Positions 52,270 to 64,000 of a DNA stretch of 64,000 nt are shown piece by piece. The notes below the pieces were generated by a model. The model searched no databases and was not told the DNA's origin. It worked only from the letters and a program-made list of their open reading frames with translations. The translations under genes were made by a program, and so were the position numbers. Position 1 is the stretch's first letter, and every line of letters begins with the position of its first letter. Origin of the DNA: Nemertoderma westbladi (lineage: Eukaryota; Animalia; Xenacoelomorpha); the NCBI GenBank assembly GCA_032718475.1, contig JAUCBJ010005423.1, positions 4,165 to 68,164 on the forward strand, read 5' to 3'.

Positions 52270-55200
52270 TATTAAATGAATAGATAATATGTTCTATAAC
52301 TTTTTTTTTTAAGTAACAAAATCTAGCTAGTATAAAAAATTTGTGCCCGAAACACAGTAGTACCTGTAGGGCTACTACATAGAGGACATTCATGCATGAA
52401 ATGCATTACCGTACTTAATCTCGCTTTCGCAGTTTAACTCTATGTTAGCTAATAACATAAGTAAGACCATGATTGCTTTTGTTTAAAATATTTCAGGGTT
52501 AGAAATAATAGTTACCTTGGTTCCATAACTGAAAATTTAGGGTTAAATTGACAGATTGGTGTGAAAATCTGTAAACCTACCTAAAAATAACTTTTAATAA
52601 CTTTTTCTTTGAGAAAGTCTGGCCATGATGCACCTTGAGCAACTCATTCAATATAAGCGCTCCTACGGCTTGAAGCAATCGTAATACCAGGCCTGCTCAC
52701 TACATTCTAGAATACGTCGAGCTTACATCGGTGTTACCCGACCTGACGAAAATAAATTTAATCATATAATATATCAATCGAAGAAGAATTTCAAGGCATT
52801 ACGGTGCGTTGTATCACTTTTATTTGTTAAGTACGCATCTCGCATAATATCGCATTAAATACTACTAAATATTTCACTTATTTTTAATTTTATTTTTCTT
52901 ATTTATTATTTTTGCTCACTTATAGTTCCGCCCATGTTGCGATCAGGTAAATTGCGCCATTTCGTTTTGATAGAGATTTCCTTATCTGCGGATAGACGTT
53001 GGAAACGTGTGATAAAATGCAGCGACCTGAGAAAGGACTTGCTTGTCTTTTGCGAAACAAGATTGCTGCGATAAAACGAATTGGCTGCAATAATGTGAAC
53101 TACTGTATAATGGGAACACGATAGCAGCACCATCGAAATTGTTAGTCACTTTTTACAGATAATGTACTAAATGTCACTATGACTGAATGAGTAAAATGAC
53201 CAAATTCAGTCAGGTCAGGTCCCCAGATCCTGCTACCACCATGGCAGTAATGTGGTACTACCTGTAGCTTCCAGCCCAGTAGGGCAGACCCGATAAGCAT
53301 AGCCTATTCATTATTTAGTTGATCAAGAGTGGGTTGGTTTAGCCCCGTCAACTAAATAAGTCATTGAAGGCAAAGGCTTGAGTGCGCATCTGTAATAGAT
53401 ATGATACACGCCCCGCTCTGTCTATACTGGATACTCCTCTACCAGTGTTAGGTACCCTAACCCAGGAGGCACACTTGGTTCCGGGTGTAACAAATGGACC
53501 CCTACAGTCGGCAGCAGGGCTGTAGGCCATGGATAGGCGGAAGAACGGCTAGACATGCTGAAAAGGTCGGTGGAAGGTAATCAACCAACGGCGACCTACT
53601 GCGAAGACGCTTGTAGGAGTTGCGACCACAAGCGGTTTACTCTCGCAACTGAAAGATATGAGTATGAGAACCCTCCAGGAGAAATACCGGCTCAGTCGTC
53701 GCCTGGGTCAACAAGGACTGCGTCCCTCAGTGGTACACCAGACTGGGGTCGATAAATTGGCTACTGGAACAGAAGACAGAGAAGAAAGAAGAACCAAACT
53801 GCTGAAATGTAAAAACACACTAAAGATTGCTACAATGACACAATTGCTACAATGAACGCACGCACGCTGAAAGCACATATAACATCGACATCATCTGCTT
53901 CCAAGAACATCGGATTTGTCATGAAGACACTGCCATGAAGTACAATGACATTGGAAATGGATGAACGTTAGTGACAAGTTCAGCAGTAAGAAACTCGGCC
54001 AATGCATCAATTGGTGGAGAAGGAATTCTGCTAAGCCCATTTGCACTTAAGACCCTAAACAACATCGAATCTATAAATTCCAGGGTTATGATCGCAACAT
54101 TTGAGGGGAATCCCAAGACAACAGTAATATGTTGCTACAGTCCAACCAATGCCTCAGGAGACAGAACAAGCAGTCAAGTTTTATGAAGATCTGACTGGTC
54201 TTATAAAGGACATTCCGAAACACAATGTTAAAGTCATTGCTGGTGACCTGAATGCTCAAATTAGCCCAGAAGACATCAAGGGTTACACATATAACACCAG
54301 TTCTAATAGAAATGTGTACTTACTTTTAGACCTAATGTAAGAATGTGAATTGATACCAACAAACACCACATTCGAAAAGAGTAAGGGGAAGCTATGGACC
54401 TTTCAATACCCTAATGGAACCAAAGCACAACTGGATTTCATCCTTATAAACATAAAGTGGAGAAACAGCATGATCAACTACGAGGCATACAGGTCGTTCA
54501 ACCTAATTAGTTCGGACCACAGAATTGTGTCTGCAGAGATTAGACTCAGTTTGAGAGCCAGCAAACCCAGGACAAGCAAGCAAATCAACTATGACTGAGA
54601 GAAACTCAGAACTGACAATGCAGTAAAGGATGCTTACACAGTAGAAGTCCAAAACCGCTTTGAAGCACTTCAGTCAATGGATGAAAACCAGTCCACCGAT
54701 TCAATATACCAGAATATAATAAAAGCCCACAAGGAATCACCTAAGAGGTATATCCCCCAGAGACCCAAACGAAAACAGTATGTGCCATGGCAAAACTCTG
54801 AGGTTACTTGTAAGAGAGAAGATCTTCAGATAGCCTACAAAGTAAAAACCGAACAACCAACAACCGAAATCATTAACAAGGTTGAGAAAGCTAAGGATGA
54901 TCTTAAATTGGCCTACAACATCAGCCAGGAAAAGTACATACAGGATAAAATTGAAGCAATTACAACTGCTCACATACAGCAACAATCAAGACTTACCTGG
55001 CAAACTGTGAATGAGGTATCTGGTCGGAAAAATTGTGCAAAGGGGCGCCTTAAAGCCGATAGTCCCGAAGAACGTGTGGGGAAGTGGAAAAATCACTTCA
55101 GCAACTTGCTTGGGCAACCACCAAACATCGAGGTCAGCCCTTACAAGGAAAATATATGACAAGACACTACCTATAGAGACAGGGGACTTCACACCTGCCG

Positions 55201-55326
55201 AACTCCAAAGAAGCATTAAAAGCATGTCCAATAATAAAGCGAGTGGATTAGATGAAATCCCAGTGGAGGTATGGAAAACATGAGTGCTAAACAGACCATT
55301 ATTGAATGTTTGCAACTGGATGTTAA

Positions 55327-56527
55327 CCCTATTACCACTGGTTCGGCCCACCCACTATATTTTTGTAATCGTCCAATAAAATCCTACAAAATTTGGGCTG
55401 TTGGTGAAACAACTATAGATGAACACTACCAAACCTTAAAAAGTTAAAATTTCATAAGCAGGGAATCATAATTTTGATGAAAAATTAAAGTAGTCCCAGG
55501 ACAAAATTACAAAATTTTTCGTTTTCTAAAAACTAATAGTGTGGCAGTGTTGGCTAGATTTAGTAGGTTTTTCAAGACGCTGAATCGAATGTGATTATAT
55601 TCCATTTCCAAAAATTGAAGTGGATGCTATTTTTCGTGCACCTAAGAAGTGGGCGTGGCACTTCAAATTTTGAATAATTAGATATTCAGAAAATGCCCCT
55701 AATTTTTTATTTCAACGCATCGTTTTAGGTTTTCTGGGCCGCTGAATCGATTGAAAGTAATATAGAAGCCTGAAGACTTAGTGGTTCGCCATTTTTGGTG
55801 CACCAAAATTAGGGCGTGGCACTTCAAATTTTGAAACATACGAAATTCGGAAAATAAACCAAAATTCAAATTTTAACGCATTTATATAGGTTTTCTAGAC
55901 CGCTGAATCGATTGAAAGTAATATAGAAGCCTGAAGACTTAGAGGTTAGCCATTTTTGATGTACCAAAATTAGGGCGTGGCACTTCAAATTTTGAAAAAT
56001 GAAATGAAAAATTTTGGTGCACCAAAAATGGTGAACCACTAAGTCTTCAGGCTTCATATTACTTTCAATCGATTCAGCGCTCCAGAAAACCAATAAAAAT
56101 GCTTCGAAATCCAAACTTTAGTAAATTTTCCGAATAAAGTAATTTTGAAATTTTAAAGTGCCACGCCCTAATTTTGGTGTTTCAAAAATAACGTACCACT
56201 ACACTTACATACTTACTTGTATAGAGCATTAGAGTGATCCAAACCAATAAAAATAATTAAAAATAGCCCAAACATAAATAATTACGAAATCACGAATGAC
56301 TTTGTAAAATTCGAAAATTTCAAAAAATTTGGTGCTGGAGACCAAATTTTGAGGTGGCATCCACATCGAAAAATAGAAATCCAATTGCAACGTCGTTTTT
56401 TGCAAAAGATGTGGCATTCAATTTGGCTAATTCTCAATAAAAATTGGGCCGTTACGTAATGTGGTTACATAGTTACAGCAACTAAAAACTAGGAAGGGGC
56501 CGATTCGGCCACCCCCAGTGGTAAGAG
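55327..56527. mobile_element. piggyBac-like non-autonomous element inserted in the RTE RT
   Basis: TTAA on both sides (55323-55326, 56528-56531). Termini CCCTATTACCACTGG / CCAGTGGTAAGAG. Excision restores NWMLKGENPSPIW. Internal ~170-bp direct and inverted subrepeats. Confidence 0.85.
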
Positions 56528-57558
56528 TTAAAAGGGGAAAACCCTTCACCAATTTGGGCTAAAGGTCAACTAAAGCCTCTCCCCAAGAAAGGAGACCTCG
56601 GTATACCAACAAACTATCGTGGGATCTGTCTGCTTGTGGTAGCTGCCAAAATATACAATAAAATGGTTCTATATAGGATTAGGCCTCACATAGAGAAACT
56701 ACTGCGTAAGAGCCAAAACTATTTCGACCAAGTAGATCAAAAATAGCTCAGATACTTGCACTAGGGAGACTGATTGAAGGAATTAAGTCAAAGAATCTCA
56801 CCACAGTCATGACTTTTGTGGACTTCAAGAAGGCATTCGACTCCATCCATAGAGGTAAAATGCTTGAAATCCTAAGAGCTTATGGAATACCAGAAGTAAT
56901 CGTTGCTGGCATTGGATTGTTATATTGTGACACAGAAGCACAGGTATTCTCACCAGATGGTGAAACTGAGTTTTTCTCAATCCTGGCTGGCGTACTGCAA
57001 GGTGACACATTAGCACCATTACTATTTGTAATTGTACTGGATTATGCAATGAGGACGGCCACAAAGGGTGAAGATCTGGGATTCACACTTCAAGAACGCA
57101 GAAGTAGTAGATATCCGGCAACTACAGTCACAGACACCGACTTCGCGGATGACATCGCCCTGCTCTCTAATACGCTAGCAGATGCACAGCTTCTAATTAA
57201 TAAAGTGGAGAGGGCTGCTAAGGAGGTTGGATTGCATATAAATGCTACCAAGACCGAATTCATGACTTTTAATGTTGATGGAAACTTGACAACCATTGAT
57301 AATAATCAACTAAGGAAGGTTGACGACTTCCAGTACCTAGGATCATGGATAGAGAGTAGCAAAAAGGACATAGAAGTTAGGAAAGCAAAGGCTTGGGTAG
57401 CTCTCTCAAAAATGGTTACCGTCTGGAAATCAGATCTCTCCAGGCACCTGAAGACTAAGTTCTTTCGAGCCACAGTGGAAAGTGTATTTTTATACGGGAG
57501 TGAGACCTGGACACTGACTAAATCACTTGAATTGATGGTTGCTACACAAGACTACTAA

Positions 57559-59765
57559 CACTAGGGCTAATCCTAAACAATTTTGGAGGTATCTTCTGGA
57601 TGGCAAACAAACATGTGCAGGAACACACATGAGGTCGAGTCTGCACAAAAATATGAAAGCTAAGTTTCAAGCGAACAAAGATCAACTCGACAGGAGGTCA
57701 AATCTAGAGAAACGATTAAATAACTCATGTGAAACATAAAGTGAGAACGCCCCCAGATTATCGACTGTCACAGTTAAGCGAGCTATCTCTTCACTTAATA
57801 AACGCAAGGTACCAGACGCACGAAGTTTGACAGTAGAACACATACTGCACGCCAATGATGACATTATCTTCAACTTAATTACCAGTCTGCTAAATAGTTG
57901 TATTCGAATTGGATATGTCCCTGACATATTTGGAGAAACGCTGGTATCCTGTATATACAAAGGTAAAAACAAATATATTATGTGTCCAACGTCATACAGA
58001 CCTATATCTTCGATATCTATTTTTGCCAAAATAATGGAAGCCATAATTCTTGATAAATATCTCGAAACCATTCTCATACCGTTTGATACTCAGTGGGCAT
58101 ACCGACAGCGCATTGGAACGGACCTTATTGTCGCAAATATCGTAGAATGCATCGAGATGTACCAATATAGGGATCCCCTAGCTACTTCTGTCAACTTCAT
58201 GTGGCCTCGGCATTCGATAGTGTTAACTATTGTATACTATTTGATAAACAAAGTGATCACATCAACCTTTTCATATGTAGACTCCTATGGAGCTATTACA
58301 ATAAGGGGATCATGTTTCTAAAATTCAACTCTTTAATTGACTCAGAAGGTATTGTTATGTACAATGGAGTTAAACAAGGGTCCCTTATCTCACCGCTCCT
58401 ATTTACTTTCTTTCTTAGTGATGTGTTTGCAGCACTACACCAGTCAGGTAAAGGACACAGAGTGTTTAACGTAAACATGGGATCAACGTCATATGCAGAT
58501 GATATTGGCTTACTCGCTTCATCACCATCGACTATTGAACTTCTGTCTACCATACTTATGTTAGAGCTTGGAAAAATAGAATTAAAAATAGACCCGGACA
58601 AAATACATTGGACTCTACTTTCGGGGCGAATACAGACCTCTTCTCCACCTTTCCTGGAAATTAATAACCGCAAGTATGTGAAGTCAAACAGTCTCTGCTT
58701 CCTAGGTGTCAATATTGGAGACTCAGCCAGCTCATCACCAGTTGAAAAAATAAGGAAAATTATATCACAGTACTGTGGAATCTTTTACCAAAAGGGATGG
58801 ACTACGAGACACTATCGTGCTGAAACGATATCCTTGCTATGGAGAACAGCCGCTGTCCCAGCAATATTATACCGTACTCAATATATCTTTGGAGCACTCT
58901 CTGTCACCAATCTTGACCGGATTGACGCACACTATAGGAAACAACTGAGGTCGCTGTTAAATGTCGGGAATTATGTATCGAACGAAACACTTTATAAAGT
59001 TACCCAGATAAGACCAATTTAATGGAAGCCTCTCGAGATGCTGTAAGAAAAATTATTTGAGCTGCTGACTGCCCAAACCTACACCTGGGTACATCTCTCA
59101 ATTCTGCACTGCTAACCAACTCGTCACTGACTGGTCAATCATATTCATCATATATCGGGTTGGGTAGCGTTATCAATCCGCCAGAAAGCGATACAGTCTG
59201 CCAATGCTGCGATCTATGATTTTTTATAGATATGACCGGGAGAACTTACTTGGACGGGTCAATCCTCCCGTGCCATCCATGAAGGCCATCCATCATGGAC
59301 AGTAACTTTATTTCGAAGCTATTCGCTATGAACGGAGTCACATTTACAATAAAGTAAAATCTACTGCTGAATTACTACAACATCTCCTTGCGACCGGACT
59401 AGACGCACTATAACATAATATAACATAACATTAACCATACTCCGCAATTTATACTAATACTGTGCACTCCTGTGTTCTGAACAAATTTTATTGTGTTGTC
59501 TCATTTTATTAATAATGTATTTTAATAGGGTCCTACTCGGTCCCATGCATTTTAAACTGTGTCATAACTGAATTTTATGACTAAATCCTATCGTGCTTGC
59601 TTAATTTTAATTAAATGGAATTTTATCCGCCATATCCGACCATAGTTTGTTGGAATTTTTACCTATAATATATGGAAATACCTACTTAATAACTTTCGTT
59701 CAATAACGGAATGGTGAAATTATTACTATAATATCAATTAATTTGAATAATATACAAATCTATGT
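57559..59765 (+). mobile_element. 5'-truncated LINE of a different clade (Proto2/RTEX/CR1 group; clade uncertain) nested in the RTE
   Basis: SYRPISSISIFAKIME, ASAFDSVN, NGVKQGSLISPLLF, SYADDIGLL, FLGVNI. It splits the host RTE between DGCYTRLL and RAAQNISW. Confidence 0.85.
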
Positions 59766-60424
59766 CTATAAGGGCAGCCCAAAACATCAGCTGGAGACAA
59801 CACATGACAAACGCCGAGCTTTATGGTACAATACCAGCGGTATCAACCACCCTCCGAGAACGCAGGTTGAGATTCAGTGGGAACTGCTGGCGAAGTAAAG
59901 ACGAGGTCATATTCATACCAGATCTACTTTTCTGGCAACCAACTCATAGAAAGCGTAGTCGTGGACGACCAACCATAACATATATAGATCAACTTGAAAG
60001 GGATACTGAACTTGGGAGAAACGAAATTGCGACAACTATGGAGAATCGGGAAGCCTGGAAGGCTTCCCGATTTCATATTCCCGATTTCATTTTAATATGT
60101 AGAAAACCCCCTTGGAAATTGTTTGAAAAGGGTTGAAAAAATATAGCCACGGCCGTATCACTCATTTTTGATCATTTTATAATGGCTATTTTTAAATTTT
60201 TAGATACAAATATATGTTCGAGAACATATTGCCGCTGTCGGGAACAAACATGTATTATAATATTTGTCACTCATAATTTTTAATTTTAAAAATCGTGTCA
60301 GATTGTTTTGTCATGATGGAAATATTTCTTTAAATTTACTTGTTTATAAGAAAGGGCTATTTTTAAAAAATGTGAATGAAATGCATATAATAACATAATA
60401 ATAGCATAAAATCCACTTATAGCC

Positions 60425-60910
60425 ACTTTCTCTATATGAGGTCTAATGCTAATCTTTTTGTAGTATATTTTGGCAGCTAATAGAAACAGACAGATCCCAC
60501 CCCCACGATAGTTTGTTGGTATACCGAAGTGTCCTTTCTTGGTGATCTGATTTAGTTGACTTATATATAGTCCAAATTGGTGGTGGCTTTTCCCCTTTCA
60601 GCATCCGGTTACAAACATACAATATTGGTATGTTTATATAGCACTCCTGTATTCCATACCTCTGCAGGGATGTCATCTAATCCACAGGCTTTATGATTGG
60701 ACATCTGGCATATACAGTATCTATGCAATGTCTAATATCTAATAAAGAATCTGATATTCTTTGATACAAATGTGTCGCTGTTATATTACATTGCCAGAGT
60801 TTCAATAATGTCCTTCTGTTTTTATGCGGTTTCAGAGTGCGTTCGTTCATTGCACAAATCTTTTTAAGTTTCAATACAGTTGGTTGGTTCTTCTTTCTTC
60901 TCTACCTTCT
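60425..60910 (-). mobile_element. Older, internally deleted antisense copy of the 53-60 kb RTE family
   Basis: Reverse complement resembles 53776-53915 and 55250-56700 (DDIPAEVWN, CNRMLKGEKPPPIW, PTNYRG). Confidence 0.75.
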
Positions 60911-61375
60911 TTAATAAACTTTTATCAGTGGGTTGACAACTGGGGTCGATAAAAAGTGGACCAGTGGAATTACTGTGAGCAAACCTTGGGATAGGAGTAG
61001 CACTCACTACTTCCTTCGGGTATCAGCTATCGCAGTGGTTGACAGGGGGAAAACTTGACGCAAATACTATTTATGGAAAGGAGCAGGTTGCAGTGGCTCG
61101 TTATTCTAACCATAACAATTGACAATACATGAATGTCAATAGAAGAATTATTGGGGGTATTCAATAGCAGGTGTAAACTGTAAACTGCAAATGCTGAAGG
61201 AGGTTGTAAAGGAGAACTGGGGTAGCGGGGGGGGGGGGGGGGGTAGTACATGGAGTACAAAAATACAAATACACAAACAAACGAGGTTTTTTTTACAGCA
61301 ATAAATCCTAAAGGTGTTTTAATAAATATGTTCATTATAGTTAATATGCTGCGATCATCAAGTTCGATTTATCAG

Positions 61376-62725
61376 TTATTTCTTCACAATATAAAATGAG
61401 TTCTTTCTTGTCACTAATCCCCAAAATAGTCCCATATTATCCAGTAACATATTAAATGGTATGACACATATAGACCCAGCCACCACAAAAAGTGCTCTGA
61501 TGGTTCCTTTCCTGTTGTTTAGTGAGACTGATTTGAAGGCGCCGAATATAAACGAATACATATATACGGATAAATTGAAATAATGTATAGATGTCACTGC
61601 TGTATCATTTACTATAGGATGAAATATCTGCAAACTGGAAAATAATAAATTATTTGTAGCAGCACTGTAAAATAGTAGCATGGATAGAAACTTGTATGGT
61701 AGTAAAATATCCTTGCTCTGATTCACCAAGTAAAGGCCCTGATACCAACGTTTGCGTTGCTTTATAAAATCATAAACATTTGCCACCGATTTCTCTAATA
61801 TTTCACCTTCAATATAACCAAACCTGAGCCCTTTAGTAAAGGCGTTCATGCTGAAATAAATGTCTTCTGATATGTCACCATAAGGTCCGTTATCAAATCC
61901 AACAGCGAGTTCGCTCCTGGCACGAACAACCATATAGGAACCTTTCCAACCGAAGAAAGGTTTATGGAAACACTTGAACTGAAAGCGAATATATCCCATG
62001 TCACCAGCTACACGAAACATGTCAGCTAAAGTAGTAAACCAATTATCAACTCTATCATTGTCGTAAGTAATAAGACCTTGACCAAGGTCACATGTACCAT
62101 CGGATACGAAATTGATTATACCAGTCATCGCAGATTCGGTTATTACTGTTTCTTCGTCCAGATGAACAATCCAATTATCACCTTGTAATCTGTTTACATG
62201 CTCTTCCAGACAATAATGCAAAGCTCGAGCTTTAAACCTTGTATTTCTTTTGGTTTCATATGAAGGCGGAACTACTATTTTCCGGAGGTGATAATTTAGT
62301 GAAAGTTTCAAACTTTTGTCTGTGACCACCTCAATTACGAATTTATCCAACCCCAGTCGCAGGCATGTGTTCGTATTGCGTTGAATATTCCGCTTTACCA
62401 GCTTGGGATAATCTCCTCGAGTAACAACACGTATACAAATAAATGGAATCGCATGGATCGGATGTTTGATAACAGGTTCATCCGGAAATGTATCATAAAA
62501 TACTAAACCGCAAAATTGAAATAGAAAAAGTGGCAGCGGAAGTATTATACAAATAGTTGTAAAGTAATTCATTAATGAATTAATTGGTGTTTCATACCCA
62601 TGTCCTTTCCATGATTCTGCTTCATTAAATCTTAATTCACCAGACCTGTCCTCGACTATAATAATAAAAGCCAAAAAGAACACAACATAGACTATGTGTG
62701 TTTTACTGGGTGAACCAAATGACAT
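61376..62725 (-). CDS. egh: Beta-1,4-mannosyltransferase egghead/BRE-3-like (GT2 family; invertebrate glycosphingolipid synthesis), 449 aa, single coding exon
   Basis: PFICIRVVTRGDYP, KARALHYCLE, WIVHLDEET, GQGLITY, WKGSY, SED and QRKRW motifs; N- and C-terminal hydrophobic segments. Splice acceptor tttcctttcag at 62747 just upstream of the ATG. Confidence 0.95.
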   Translation of the reverse strand: MSFGSPSKTHIVYVVFFLAFIIIVEDRSGELRFNEAESWKGHGYETPINSLMNYFTTICIILPLPLFLFQFCGLVFYDTFPDEPVIKHPIHAIPFICIRVVTRGDYPKLVKRNIQRNTNTCLRLGLDKFVIEVVTDKSLKLSLNYHLRKIVVPPSYETKRNTRFKARALHYCLEEHVNRLQGDNWIVHLDEETVITESAMTGIINFVSDGTCDLGQGLITYDNDRVDNWFTTLADMFRVAGDMGYIRFQFKCFHKPFFGWKGSYMVVRARSELAVGFDNGPYGDISEDIYFSMNAFTKGLRFGYIEGEILEKSVANVYDFIKQRKRWYQGLYLVNQSKDILLPYKFLSMLLFYSAATNNLLFSSLQIFHPIVNDTAVTSIHYFNLSVYMYSFIFGAFKSVSLNNRKGTIRALFVVAGSICVIPFNMLLDNMGLFWGLVTRKNSFYIVKK

Positions 62726-63364
62726 TATTCGGCATTAATTAAATAACTGAAAGGAAATTATATTTATTGAATATTGAAAATCAAGTGATGTACAGTATTA
62801 TCAATCGAATAAAATCTGTGAGAGTGCTGGTATTTAAATTAATGAAAAAAATAATGAACAAATAAAAAGTAAATAAAAAACAAATTCCAGGTACGAAATA
62901 AAACACAAATTCATATATAAGCCTATATTACTATACTACTGTAGATGCTGGAAGCCTCTCTGCAGCAAAACACCGCCACAGTTGCAAATCCTCAATCCCG
63001 AGTCAATGCCCATCCTCAATGGCTTTTATCTTTTAGTCTTCAGGAATGTTTACGGCTGACCACGACCTTTCAGATCATTGACAAGTGGTCAGCAAGACAT
63101 AGACGTAATATGCCGAGAAGTCAGCGCTGTTTTTTAGCATTATCAGATCACGGAGGTATTACAATGCCTCGTGAATTTAAGGTACATTGTATGCTCAGCA
63201 ATGAATCTTGCATAGGATGATAAAGGTGTAACGAGTAGTTAAAGACGGCCAAGTACAGGAGGGTTTCAGGCACAGTGGCGCAGGCAGATTATGGTATTGA
63301 CAGATGGGAGGCCATGAGGAGGTAAATTACGGACATACAAGGAATCAGGTAGTATTTCCAGGTA

Positions 63365-63655
63365 TAGAACAAAATCGCCTCCACTTTGCAGGACATTGCT
63401 TTCGCCGTGAGGACCAGCCAGTGCATAATCTTGTACTTTGGCAGCCTCATGGAGTGAATAAGCATGGTGGACAGCCAATGACTTTCTTGAGACGCATCTT
63501 AAAGGACACTGGCCTTGAAGATGCGGATGATCTAGCAAATGTCATGGGTGATAGGGAGTTGTAGCGGCGCAATTTTGTCGACAAGCCGGCACAGCATTCT
63601 TAAAAATGCAGCTGCAATGAAGCATGCCGATCCTAGTAGTAGTACTAGTAGTAGT
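63365..63655 (+). mobile_element. Short 3' fragment of the same RTE family as 42985-45355, with (TAG)n tail
   Basis: Near-identical reverse complement of 43111-43393 (EQNRLHFAGHCFRREDQPVHNLVLWQP). Confidence 0.93.
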
Positions 63656-64000
63656 ATATATAAATGTAGGCCTACTATATCAAAAGTTTAGCACTTTTAT
63701 AAGCAATTTTATATCTAAATGTATCGGATGATTGGTCCTTAACAGATTTAAAAAAAAATATCAATCATAAACAATCATACTTTAGTATTGTAATGAACTT
63801 CTTCTCAGCATCACTTAGCCGTTTTCTGATTTTCAGAAGGAAAAAATAACAAACTTAATTAACTTGAATGAGTTAGCCAATAGTTTTAAATTGCTTTGAA
63901 TCCGTTTTGTCATAGAAAGCCTTCCCCTTACTATTTAAAAATGGTCAATATGTCAAAGGTTAACTTATGTGTTGCTTTGATAAGATACTGTATGTTTGAG

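Larger units (their letters stand above)
53208..60064 (+). mobile_element. Near full-length RTE-clade LINE pseudogene (5'UTR, APE endonuclease, RT, C-terminus) interrupted by two nested insertions
   Basis: DIICFQEHR, VICCYSPTN, AGDLNAQI, QLDFILIN, SSDHRIV, ASGLDEIPVEVWK, FVDFKKAFDSIHR, GVLQGDTLAP, DFADDIALL, RRLRFSGNCWR. The 5' boundary is approximate. Confidence 0.93.

Noticed and set aside
52500-52760. Possible minus-strand micro-exons (cag|TTATGGAACCAAG|gtaac and cag|GTCGGGTAACACCGAT|gtaagc)
   Set aside because: Splice-like signals arise by chance in AT-rich DNA; no coding support without RNA-seq.
62945-63360. ORF 62945-63220 as a gene or retroelement fragment
   Set aside because: No diagnostic motif; cannot be assigned.

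Overview
Eukaryotic DNA, most likely from an invertebrate animal. Bases 1-31126 are one continuous AT-rich 38-bp satellite (roughly 830 monomers, estimated). Its variation is confined to a small CpG-decayed core, and it contains local higher-order repeats. The remaining ~33 kb is mostly nested, decayed transposons: a P-like long-TIR element, a palindromic MITE, a CRE-like REL-endonuclease retrotransposon whose 5' half is inverted, two RTE LINE families, a second LINE clade, a Gypsy gag remnant, a piggyBac-like MITE and a Merlin remnant. Two host genes lie on the minus strand. One is an egghead/bre-3 beta-1,4-mannosyltransferase with a single coding exon. The other is a divergent 3-exon TSPO-like gene that the ORF track does not assemble. 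Three observations stand out. (1) An RTE LINE has a ~160-180-bp target duplication that spans the TSPO exon-2 donor, leaving the gene intact and the duplicate donor destroyed. (2) The REL-type retroelement has a twin-priming-like inversion. (3) The satellite variants reduce to one ancestral ACGTCGACGTC core. I found no CRISPR and no convincing wholly new multi-gene system. All family calls are from motif recognition, not database searches.
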